DNA of 64,000 nt. It comes from an uncultured delta proteobacterium. GTDB lineage: Bacteria > Myxococcota_A > Polyangia > Fen-1088. Positions 18,618-26,320 of this stretch are shown here, piece after piece; the stretch's first letter is position 1; each line of letters opens with the position of its first letter. The stretch lies in the NCBI GenBank assembly GCA_963767925.1, contig CAVYGB010000008.1:1856001-1920000 (forward strand), given 5' to 3'. The position numbers and the translations under genes were made by a program. The notes beneath the pieces were generated by a model. It was given only the letters and a program-made list of their open reading frames with translations, was not told the origin of the DNA and did not search any database.

Positions 18618-19712
18618 TTGTTGATCTCAAAAGAAACCGCATGCTACATTCGCCCGACCTTCCCGCCGCGTTCCAAGCCCCGGAAATTACAAAGGAATTC
18701 TGGCGGGCGTCACGGAGGCGAAATGCACCGCTCGCGCGCAGGGATACGCATCAAGCGACTCGTTTTTCGGCGGCTCGAACCACGGCGACTCGGGTCTCGG
18801 GGGCCCGGAGCCACGTCCACGATCGGACTGCTCGCGGCCGTCGCGTGCACCTTTCTGATCGCCCAACCGCGCCTGGCCTTCGCCCAGGCACAAGAAGCGG
18901 CTCAGGAGCCTGCGCCGGCTGCGCCTGCCGAGGCGGAGCCCGCTCCCGCTCCCGAAGCGTCTGAGCCGATCGCGCCCGCCGAGGGGTCGACCGACCTCGA
19001 GGCCGGCGTCACCCGCCAGACAGCGCCCGCCACGCCGGGGGCCGCTGCTCAAAGGAGCTGGCAAGACGTGGTCGTCGTGCCCCGCAAGGCCTTTCTCAAG
19101 GATGGTCGCCTCGAGCTCTTCCCCTCCACCGGGGTCTCGCTCAACGACGTCCTCATCCGCCACTACTCGTTCGGGGGAAACCTCAACTACTACCTCACCG
19201 ACGTCTTCTCCATCGGGCTCGAGGGGCAGTATTACGTCAAGGAACGGACCGACCGAGAGTCGATCGTCGGCCTCCAGTACAACCGGATCGCCACCCTCAA
19301 CCGCTACCTCTACTCGGCGTCGTTGAACTTCGGGTACGTGCCGGGCTACGGGAAGTTCACCCTCTTCAACCGCTACATCATCCACTGGGACCTGTGGGTC
19401 CAGGGTGGCGTCGGCCTCATCCAGACCGAGATCATTCCGCGGGTAGTTGGCGACACCACCTTCAAGAACAACCGGATCGCCCCCAGCCTGGGAATCGGCA
19501 CCCACCTGTTCCTCAGCAACTGGTTGACCTTCAACGTCGCGGTGAAGGACTACGTCTTCAACGACCTGTTCGAGCCGACCGACCGCCAGCCGAACGAGGA
19601 CATCGCCGCCGTCAAGTCGCGGGCCCAGGGGCAGTTCGTCCACAACGTCATGATCTTCGCCGGGCTGGGGTTGTACCTGCCCACGTCGTTCACCTACCGC
19701 ACGCCCCGCTGA
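18618..19712 (+). CDS. Myxobacterial outer-membrane beta-barrel protein (GltA/GltB/NfsA/B-like, TIGR04565-like); start probably further downstream
   Basis: Signal peptide ending AFA-QA, Pro/Ala linker, VVVPRKAFLKDGRLEL.P..G.SLND, YVPGYGKFTLFN, alternating beta strands, GLGLYLP end. Confidence 0.8.
   Translation: MLISKETACYIRPTFPPRSKPRKLQRNSGGRHGGEMHRSRAGIRIKRLVFRRLEPRRLGSRGPGATSTIGLLAAVACTFLIAQPRLAFAQAQEAAQEPAPAAPAEAEPAPAPEASEPIAPAEGSTDLEAGVTRQTAPATPGAAAQRSWQDVVVVPRKAFLKDGRLELFPSTGVSLNDVLIRHYSFGGNLNYYLTDVFSIGLEGQYYVKERTDRESIVGLQYNRIATLNRYLYSASLNFGYVPGYGKFTLFNRYIIHWDLWVQGGVGLIQTEIIPRVVGDTTFKNNRIAPSLGIGTHLFLSNWLTFNVAVKDYVFNDLFEPTDRQPNEDIAAVKSRAQGQFVHNVMIFAGLGLYLPTSFTYRTPR
18621..18650 (+). promoter_or_regulatory. 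Candidate sigma70 promoter for the outer-membrane beta-barrel pair
   Basis: TTGATC-N18-TACATT with extended -10 TG, in an AT-rich patch. Confidence 0.45.
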
Positions 19713-19725
19713 GGGAGGAACCAAC

Positions 19726-20516
19726 ATGATCCGACGACCGCTCCTCCTTCTGACCGTGCTGGCGGCTGCTCCTCTGCTGGCGACGCCGGCCCGGGCCCAG
19801 CTCCCCGAACGCAAGAGCCCACTCGCCGACGCCCCCGCCGTCCGCCACCGTCAGGAGCTGCGCCGGCTGCGCTTCGAGATCGGGCCCGGCGCGGCGACGA
19901 CGATCGGGCAGGACTACTATCACGCGATCATGGTGGGCGGAAAAATCAACTTCTTCCTCGCCGACTGGCTGTCGATCGGCGGGTACGCCGCCCACAACCT
20001 CACCCGCGGCTTCAAGACCTCCTTTCACGAGCGGCTCGAGCAGGTCCTGCCTCCGCCGGCGCGGGCCATGGATCGCGCGCCCACCCAGGACGAGGCGCGC
20101 GCCGGGATGAACCAGATCGGGCAGGTGTTTGCCGCCCAGGCCGAGCTGGTGCCCTTTTCAGGCAAATATTCGCTGTTCGGAAAGATCTTCGCGAGCTACG
20201 ACTTTTACGCGTTCGGTGGTCCCGGCTTCGTCAACTTCGTCGCGAACCGCGATCCGTGCACGGCGGCCGCCAACTCCTGTCCGGTGACGGGGCTCAAGAT
20301 CGGCGGAAACTTCGGGATCGGGATGCGCAGCTACTTCAACCACTTCGTCTCCATGGACGTCGAGATCCGGGATCTGCTCCTGCGGAACAACCCCGCGGGC
20401 CGCGACGAGACTGGCGATCGGGTCGCGGACGACGAGGACCTCACCTGGGACTCGACATACATGGTCGGAATCAACCTGACGTTCTTCCTGCCCCCCGGGC
20501 TCCGATCAGCGAATGA
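19726..20516 (+). CDS. Second myxobacterial outer-membrane beta-barrel protein (probable C-terminal frameshift; true end likely RAPISE* at 20516)
   Basis: GGAGG RBS, signal peptide, AVRHRQELRRLRFEIGP, VPFSGKYSLFG, GINLTFFLP; poly-C tract where the frame switches. Confidence 0.78.
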
Positions 20517-20540
20517 GTCGACAGGACCGGATCATCAACG

Positions 20541-20765
20541 ATGGCGCCTCAGAAGAAAAAGGTAACGCTGTACTTTAACGCCGCGATGCTCGCGGAGACG
20601 CAGAAGGAAGCCTTGCGTCAGGACCGGTCGGTCTCCTGGATCATCCAGGCGGCCTGGCGGCTGGCGCGGGACGAGATCCGGCGGATGCCCGGCGCGCTGG
20701 CGGGCGGCGCCACCCGACCGGTCGAATCCAGCCAGACGCCGCCCCCTTCGGCTGGACGCCTCTAG
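20541..20765 (+). CDS. Small ribbon-helix-helix-like protein, TIGR04563 (MXAN_4361/4362)-like
   Basis: KKKVTLYFNAAMLAETQKEALRQDRSVSWIIQAAWRLARDEI matches the family pattern. Confidence 0.8.
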   Translation: MAPQKKKVTLYFNAAMLAETQKEALRQDRSVSWIIQAAWRLARDEIRRMPGALAGGATRPVESSQTPPPSAGRL

Positions 20766-20823
20766 CTCGCGGTGCGTGAGAACCGCGGCCTCAACATTCC
20801 GACACTTCAGACAGTAAGGAACG

Positions 20824-21459
20824 TTGGTGGGCGAGTTCGCTGACGCTACGCAGTTCGACAGAACGGATGCCGCCGGCGAGCCGGGCGTCGCTCCCCTGCG
20901 AGACGTCGTCGAGCGCGCCCAGCGGGGCGACACGGCCGCCTTCGTCGAGCTCCTGACCTGGTACCAGCGGCGGGTCATCTCGACCGCCTGGCGCATCCTC
21001 GGCAGCCAGGCCGACGCGCTCGACGCGGCCCAGGAGGTCTTTCTCCGGCTCCACCGCTATCTGCGGTCGTTCCGTCCGGACCAGGAGTTCTCGGCCTGGC
21101 TGTACCGCCTCATCGTCAACGCCTGCCACGACATCCGCCGGCGGCGCAGCGTGCACCTGTCCTTCGAGCGGGAGCGCGATCGGGGCGCCCTCGATCACCT
21201 GCGGAGCACCGACGACGTGGAGGCCAGCGCGGGCCTGCTCGAGGACGAACGGCTGGTGGCCCAGGCCCTCGCCACCTTGTCGGAGAAGGAGCGGGCAGCG
21301 CTCGTCCTGCGGGACCTGGAGGGCCTCTCCACCCAGCAGGTCGCCGAGATTCTCGGGTCGAGCCCGACCACGGTACGGTCGCAGATCAGCACCGCGCGGG
21401 CCAAGCTGAGGGCGTTTCGCGATCGGGCGTACCGGCGGGTAGGAGGTGAGGGGGCATGA
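20824..21459 (+). CDS. ECF sigma-70 factor
   Basis: GDTAAFVELL, DALDAAQEVFLR, FSAWLYRLIVNACHD, LVLRDLEGLSTQQVAEILG...TVRSQISTARAKL. Confidence 0.95.
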   Translation: MVGEFADATQFDRTDAAGEPGVAPLRDVVERAQRGDTAAFVELLTWYQRRVISTAWRILGSQADALDAAQEVFLRLHRYLRSFRPDQEFSAWLYRLIVNACHDIRRRRSVHLSFERERDRGALDHLRSTDDVEASAGLLEDERLVAQALATLSEKERAALVLRDLEGLSTQQVAEILGSSPTTVRSQISTARAKLRAFRDRAYRRVGGEGA

Positions 21460-22169
21460 GCGAGAGGGAGAACCTGGATCCGACAGGCAAGGTGACGAGT
21501 GGCTGCCCACACAACGCCTCCTTGCTGGCGCTGCAGGCGGGCGGAGACCTGAGCCCTCGCCAGGCCACCCAGCTTCGCCGGCATCTCGACGGCTGCAGCG
21601 GCTGTCGCCGCTCGCTGGCCGAGCTCCGGGCCACGCGCGACTGGCTGCGATCGAACCTCACGCCCCCCCTGGACGCAGCGGTGCTGTCCGAGCTGCGGCG
21701 GCGGGTGGTGGGCCGGCTGGCCAAGGAGCGGTCTTTTCCCTGGCTGTTCGCGATCCTCGGTCGCGCCTTCACCTCCTGGCGCGGCGTGGGCTGGCAGCCG
21801 GTCCGGGGCGTGGCGGTGGGGGCGCTCTTGCTGGTCGGGGCCCTGGGCGCGCTTCCCAGCTTGAACGGCCGCCTCCTCGACGAGGGCGCCTTCGTGGCCC
21901 TGCCTCCGGGAAGCTCGACGGACCTGCAGCCCGCGTCCGCCGGGACCCGCGCCGGCCCGACCGCAAGCGGCGACTCCGACGACAGTGAGCAGACCGAAGG
22001 GGACGACACGGAGGGGGAAGGGCTGCTCGGCCTCGATGGGGACTTCGACGATCCCCCTTCCGGCCCGGGTGGCCTCCGCATCGAGATGCAGACCCGCGAC
22101 CCCAACGTCCGCATCATCTGGTTTGCTTCCCACACCGCGCACGGGGAAACGCCAGGCCAGGAGCGCTGA
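21456..22169 (+). CDS. Zinc-binding (zf-HC2/ZAS) transmembrane anti-sigma factor
   Basis: ATGA overlap with sigma; HLDGCSGC (HxxxCxxC); TM helix; acidic linker; C-terminal LRIEMQTRDPNVRIIWF. Confidence 0.85.
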   Translation: MSERENLDPTGKVTSGCPHNASLLALQAGGDLSPRQATQLRRHLDGCSGCRRSLAELRATRDWLRSNLTPPLDAAVLSELRRRVVGRLAKERSFPWLFAILGRAFTSWRGVGWQPVRGVAVGALLLVGALGALPSLNGRLLDEGAFVALPPGSSTDLQPASAGTRAGPTASGDSDDSEQTEGDDTEGEGLLGLDGDFDDPPSGPGGLRIEMQTRDPNVRIIWFASHTAHGETPGQER

Positions 22170-22991
22170 GTGCAGCCGGGCCTCGCTACGCTGCTCGTGA
22201 CGGTCGCCCTCGGCGTCCTGGCGGCCGCGCCCGTCCGGGCCGAGCGGACCGACTGCACCGAACGGACCGATCGCGCCGAACCCGGCGATCGCGCGGACGA
22301 GCGGCCCCAGGAGCGACCGGCCCCCGGAATGCGGGCCAAGGTCTTCGGCGTCAAGCACCAGAACGCAGCCGACCTCGTCAATGCCTTGCGCCCGCTGTCG
22401 AGCGGAGCCACCGGGGCCATGTTCAACCCCAGTGAGCAGCTCAACACGGTGACGGTGCGAGACTTTCCGGAGAACCTGGCGGCCATCGAGCAGGCGCTCA
22501 AGCGGCTTGACGTACCCACGCCACCCCGGCCGGACGTCGAGGTGCGAATCCGCGTCTTGCTGGGATCGCCGCTGCCGGGACCGGGCCAGTACCCGGCCGA
22601 GCTGGAGTCGGTGGTCAAGCAGCTCAGCACGACCCTCCAGTACCGCAGCTACCACCTGGTGGCGGCGGTCGCGCAGCGGGTGCGCGCCGGCTCGGGCACG
22701 AACGGAAAGGGCCAGGTGGTGCTCGGTCCGCCGGCCACCGACGAGAACGCCAACGGCCACTTCCACTTCAACATCGAGAAGGTAACGCTGCCGCAGCCGG
22801 GCAACGTTGCCACGCCCCTGGTGGCGGTCAAGAAGCTCAAGGTCTCGCTCGAGAGCGGGTCGCTCGGCGAGGCCGAGGTCTCGACCGGCCTGACCCTGCG
22901 GGAGGACGAGAAGGTCGTGGTGGGGACGGGCAGCCTGAAGAACCGGGCGATGATCGTGGTCGTGTCTGCGCGCCTCCTGCGCCGGCCGTAG
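22170..22991 (+). CDS. Exported secretin N-domain (NolW/N3-like) protein with a reduced secretin-like C-terminus
   Basis: Signal peptide; KVFGVKHQNAADLVNALRPL...NTVTVRDFPENLAAIEQALKRLDVP (N-domain pattern); VEVRIRVL; STGLTLREDEKVVVGT...MIVVVSARL. Confidence 0.75.
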   Translation: MQPGLATLLVTVALGVLAAAPVRAERTDCTERTDRAEPGDRADERPQERPAPGMRAKVFGVKHQNAADLVNALRPLSSGATGAMFNPSEQLNTVTVRDFPENLAAIEQALKRLDVPTPPRPDVEVRIRVLLGSPLPGPGQYPAELESVVKQLSTTLQYRSYHLVAAVAQRVRAGSGTNGKGQVVLGPPATDENANGHFHFNIEKVTLPQPGNVATPLVAVKKLKVSLESGSLGEAEVSTGLTLREDEKVVVGTGSLKNRAMIVVVSARLLRRP

Positions 22992-23013
22992 CTGGCACCA
23001 TGCCCGGCGGGCG

Positions 23014-23955
23014 TCAGGGCGCGGGCTTGCGCCGCTGCATGCGCGTCCGGGCGGCCGCGGCCAGCTCGCGGATCTCGGGGTCGTCGTGGCCGTCGGCCAC
23101 GAAAGACAGGTATTCGGAGGCCTCCTTGCCCCCGAGGGTGGAGATGGCGTCCAGGATCTTGCGCATCTCCCGGCGGTCGCGCATCGAGCGCTCCGCCGCC
23201 AGCACGGTGACCGCGCGCCGGTCCTTCAGCTCGACGAGGGCGCCCAGGGCGGCGTCGCGGACGGTCTCATCGGGGTGCTCGAGCAGCTTGAGCAGGGTTG
23301 TCGCCTCGCCGGTCAGCTTGCGCTCACCCACCGCCCGGATGGCTTCGATCTGCAGCTCCCCGGCGTCGGCCTGCAGGGCCGCCCGCAGCGCCGAGGGATC
23401 GCCGGCCCACAGCTTCTGGCGGGCCAGGTAAGCCGTCAGCAGGTCATCGAGGGCCCGGCGGATCAGCTTGTTGAACAGCTCGCCCCGGTCGGGGTTGCTG
23501 GCGGTCGCGTATTCGGTCTCCGCCCCCGCCTGGACGTCCTCGTTCCAGTGGTTGGCCGCCACCTCGCTGGGGCGGGTGTCGATGCGCAGGCGGAGGGCCG
23601 CCCGCGCCGCCGCCTTGGCGTCGGCCACCACGTCTTCGAGCCCCATCTCGATCCGGACCCGGACTGCAACCTGGCCCCCGGCGTCGGTGGCCGAGCCAGC
23701 GAACAGGCCCGAATCCAGCAAGGCCTTCCGCACCCGCTGCTCGAGCGCGGCGGTGTCGATGGCCACTCCCGCCGGCCGCAGCGGATCGGGCGTGAAGTCG
23801 CGCACGGTGACCGGACCGAGGGCCGGCGTCGGGCGCTTCGGCTCTTCGGGGGCGGCCGCCTGGTTGCGTTTGCAGGCGAACGTCCCCGCGGAAGTTACCG
23901 CGATCGAAAGACAGAGGAGCTTGTGACCGGCGTGCATGCGGGCGTACCTCGGCAA
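23014..23955 (-). CDS. HEAT-repeat lipoprotein
   Basis: Lipobox TFAC; HEAT repeats LLKLLEHPDETVRDAALGALVEL and HDDPEIRELAAAA. Confidence 0.8.
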   Translation of the reverse strand: MPRYARMHAGHKLLCLSIAVTSAGTFACKRNQAAAPEEPKRPTPALGPVTVRDFTPDPLRPAGVAIDTAALEQRVRKALLDSGLFAGSATDAGGQVAVRVRIEMGLEDVVADAKAAARAALRLRIDTRPSEVAANHWNEDVQAGAETEYATASNPDRGELFNKLIRRALDDLLTAYLARQKLWAGDPSALRAALQADAGELQIEAIRAVGERKLTGEATTLLKLLEHPDETVRDAALGALVELKDRRAVTVLAAERSMRDRREMRKILDAISTLGGKEASEYLSFVADGHDDPEIRELAAAARTRMQRRKPAP

Positions 23956-23995
23956 TGGCCTTCGACCGGTGACCTTGCTGGGATCCGGCCCGTGC

Positions 23996-24490
23996 TCAAG
24001 ATAGTCGTTTTACCAGCGTGATGAGGTCGTCGCCCGGCCGATAAAAGTCGGGGATCCGCCCGGCCACCGTGTAACCAGCTCGCTCGTAAAATCGCAGCGC
24101 ACCGCCCTGCCCTTCCAGGCTGGAGGTCTCGACCCGCAGGGTGCGAACCTTCCGCTGCTGGAGCTCTGCCTCGAGCGCGCCCAGGAGCTGCCGACCATGG
24201 CCCCGTCCCCGGACCGCGGCCGAGGTCACCAGCCAGTACAGGTCGAAGGTGGCGTCGGTCATGGGGGTGTGACCGAAGCAGGCGTAACAGTGAGGCTGGT
24301 CCGCCTCGTCGACACCCACCCGCGCTTCGTAGGTGTTCCCCTCAGGCGGATCCAGCACCGCCTCGAGGAGCTCGATGGCGCAGGCGACTTCCTCCGGGCG
24401 AAAGGGGTTCTCCATCGGGCTTGCCGCTGGAGGCGCGATGATCTCGACGAGGCGCGCGCGATCGGAGAGCGAGGGGGATCGTATCCGCAT
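23996..24490 (-). CDS. GNAT N-acetyltransferase
   Basis: YACFGHTPMTDATFDLYWL, RGRGHGRQLL acetyl-CoA motif A, VETSS, FYERAGY...IPDFYRPGDD. Confidence 0.93.
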   Translation of the reverse strand: MRIRSPSLSDRARLVEIIAPPAASPMENPFRPEEVACAIELLEAVLDPPEGNTYEARVGVDEADQPHCYACFGHTPMTDATFDLYWLVTSAAVRGRGHGRQLLGALEAELQQRKVRTLRVETSSLEGQGGALRFYERAGYTVAGRIPDFYRPGDDLITLVKRLS

Positions 24491-25511
24491 CTTGTCGTCT
24501 CTTGAGGGCCAGGGCCAGCAGGCGGAGGATCAGATCCTCGTAACTCATCCCCATCGCCTGGGCCGCTCGGGCGAAGCCCGCGCCCTGCCGCGACAGATCG
24601 CAGTTGGGGTTGACGTCGATTACCCAGGGCGTTCCGTCGGCGGCCAGCCGGACGTCCACCCGACCGTAGTCGCGCAGCTCGAGGGCGGTGAAGGCGGCCA
24701 GGGCCACCTGGCGAACCCGCTCGGCGATCGCCTCGGGCAGCTGGCAGGGCACCGGCTTGGTCCCCCGATAGTCCACCGATCCCTCGACCCACTTGGCCTC
24801 GAACGACACGATCCTGGGGCGGTCGGCGGGCATCTCCGAGAAGTCGATCTCGTGCAGCGGCAACACGCTGGGGGGGCCCCCATCGACCGATTCGAGCACT
24901 GACACGTTGATCTCCCGGCCCTCGACGTAACCCTCGACGAGCGCGGGCTGGCGATAGTGAGCCAGGATGAAGCGGACCCGGTCGTCGAGCTCCTCGCGCG
25001 ATCGCACCACCGATGAGGTGGCGATGCCAACCGAAGCGTCCTCCCGGGTGGGCTTGACGATGAGGGGAAAGGGCAGGTCCACCTGGCTCGTGTCGGGCCG
25101 GTCGAGGACGGCCGAGCCCGGCGTGGGCACGCCGCAGGCGACGAGCAGCTTCTTGGCCCGGTCCTTGTGGAGCGCGGCCAGCAGGCTGGGGGGCGGTGAG
25201 CCCGTGTAGACCAGACCTTCGTATTCGAGCAGCATCGGCAGCAGCGCCTCGAAGCGGTTGTCGCTGCGAAGGGACTCACACAGGTTGAACACCACCGCGG
25301 GTGCCGCCTGGGAGAGCGCCCGCACCGACCCGTACAGGTCCTCGCGCAGTCCCACGCTCATGACGTCCAGGCCAGCGGCCTGGAGAACCCGGGTGACGTC
25401 CAGGGCCACCTCTTGAATGTCTTCGCGGGCTCGATTCTCCGGGTCGGCCCCGGCGTCCTCGAAATCCCGGTTGAAGACCACCGCGACTCGCGGCTGCGTT
25501 CGTGTCTTCAC
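24342..25511 (-). CDS. D-Ala-D-Ala ligase-like ATP-grasp enzyme
   Basis: VFNLCES, YTGSPP, PLIVKPTREDASVGI, VEGYVEGRE, YGRVDVR, IDVNPNCDL. Confidence 0.9.
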   Translation of the reverse strand: MKTRTQPRVAVVFNRDFEDAGADPENRAREDIQEVALDVTRVLQAAGLDVMSVGLREDLYGSVRALSQAAPAVVFNLCESLRSDNRFEALLPMLLEYEGLVYTGSPPPSLLAALHKDRAKKLLVACGVPTPGSAVLDRPDTSQVDLPFPLIVKPTREDASVGIATSSVVRSREELDDRVRFILAHYRQPALVEGYVEGREINVSVLESVDGGPPSVLPLHEIDFSEMPADRPRIVSFEAKWVEGSVDYRGTKPVPCQLPEAIAERVRQVALAAFTALELRDYGRVDVRLAADGTPWVIDVNPNCDLSRQGAGFARAAQAMGMSYEDLILRLLALALKRRQDADTIPLALRSRAPRRDHRASSGKPDGEPLSPGGSRLRHRAPRGGAGSA

Positions 25512-25572
25512 GCTCTAGCCATATTATCGGTCCGCTTTTGCGTTTTGCAATTGCAACCGGTCCAGCGCCCCT

Positions 25573-26283
25573 TCATCGGGAACTTTCACCGCCGAGTTGC
25601 AGCTCCGGTCCTTCCGGTCCTTCGGGCCACCAGCGCGAAGGCGCCTCCAGCTCCAGCGCCAAGGCCCGGGCCAGAAATCTGGCGAGCCCGGCCGCCAGCT
25701 CGTCGAGTGGCGGCGGTACTCCGCCACGAAGCTGCGCCAGGGACGTGACATGCGCACCGGGCAACCCGCAGGGCACGATGGCCGAAAACGCCCGCAGGTC
25801 CGGGCTGACATTCAAGGCAAGGCCGTGAATGGAGACACCGTGCCGCACCTGAACCCCGAAGGCGCAGATCTTGAACGCTCCGACCCACACCCCCGGTAAG
25901 GTGCGACGCCATTCCCCGCTGATCCCGTGCTGCGCGAGCAGATCGATCACTCCCCGCGCCATGCCCTCCACGTGGGCGAGCACCCCCCGGCGTAGCCGCA
26001 CGATGGGATAACAAACGAGCTGACCGGGGCCGTGGTAGGTGACCTCGCCGCCCCGGCTGGCCTGGCAGACCTGGATGCCCCGGGCCGCCAACTCGTCCGG
26101 CGGCAACAGGAGGTGCTCGGGGCGGGCCCGGCGACCCAGCGTGATCACCGGGTCGTGCTCGCAGAAAAGCAGGGTCTCGCGCCCCCGCCCTTCCAGGATC
26201 TCCTGACGCAGGCGTTCCTGCAGCGCGGCCGTTCGCTCGAACGGCTGCCGTCCCAGCCAGACCCAGGTTGCGGAGGCGATCAG
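25573..26283 (-). CDS. lipB: Lipoyl(octanoyl) transferase LipB (start uncertain, possibly CTG at 26283)
   Basis: CEHDPVITLGRR, RGGEVTYHGPGQLVCYPI, KICAFG, HGLALNV, IVPCGL. Confidence 0.95.
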   Translation of the reverse strand: MIASATWVWLGRQPFERTAALQERLRQEILEGRGRETLLFCEHDPVITLGRRARPEHLLLPPDELAARGIQVCQASRGGEVTYHGPGQLVCYPIVRLRRGVLAHVEGMARGVIDLLAQHGISGEWRRTLPGVWVGAFKICAFGVQVRHGVSIHGLALNVSPDLRAFSAIVPCGLPGAHVTSLAQLRGGVPPPLDELAAGLARFLARALALELEAPSRWWPEGPEGPELQLGGESSR

Positions 26284-26320
26284 GCTCGACCCTGGAAAGG
26301 TCGCCGAGGTGGCGACCGGT

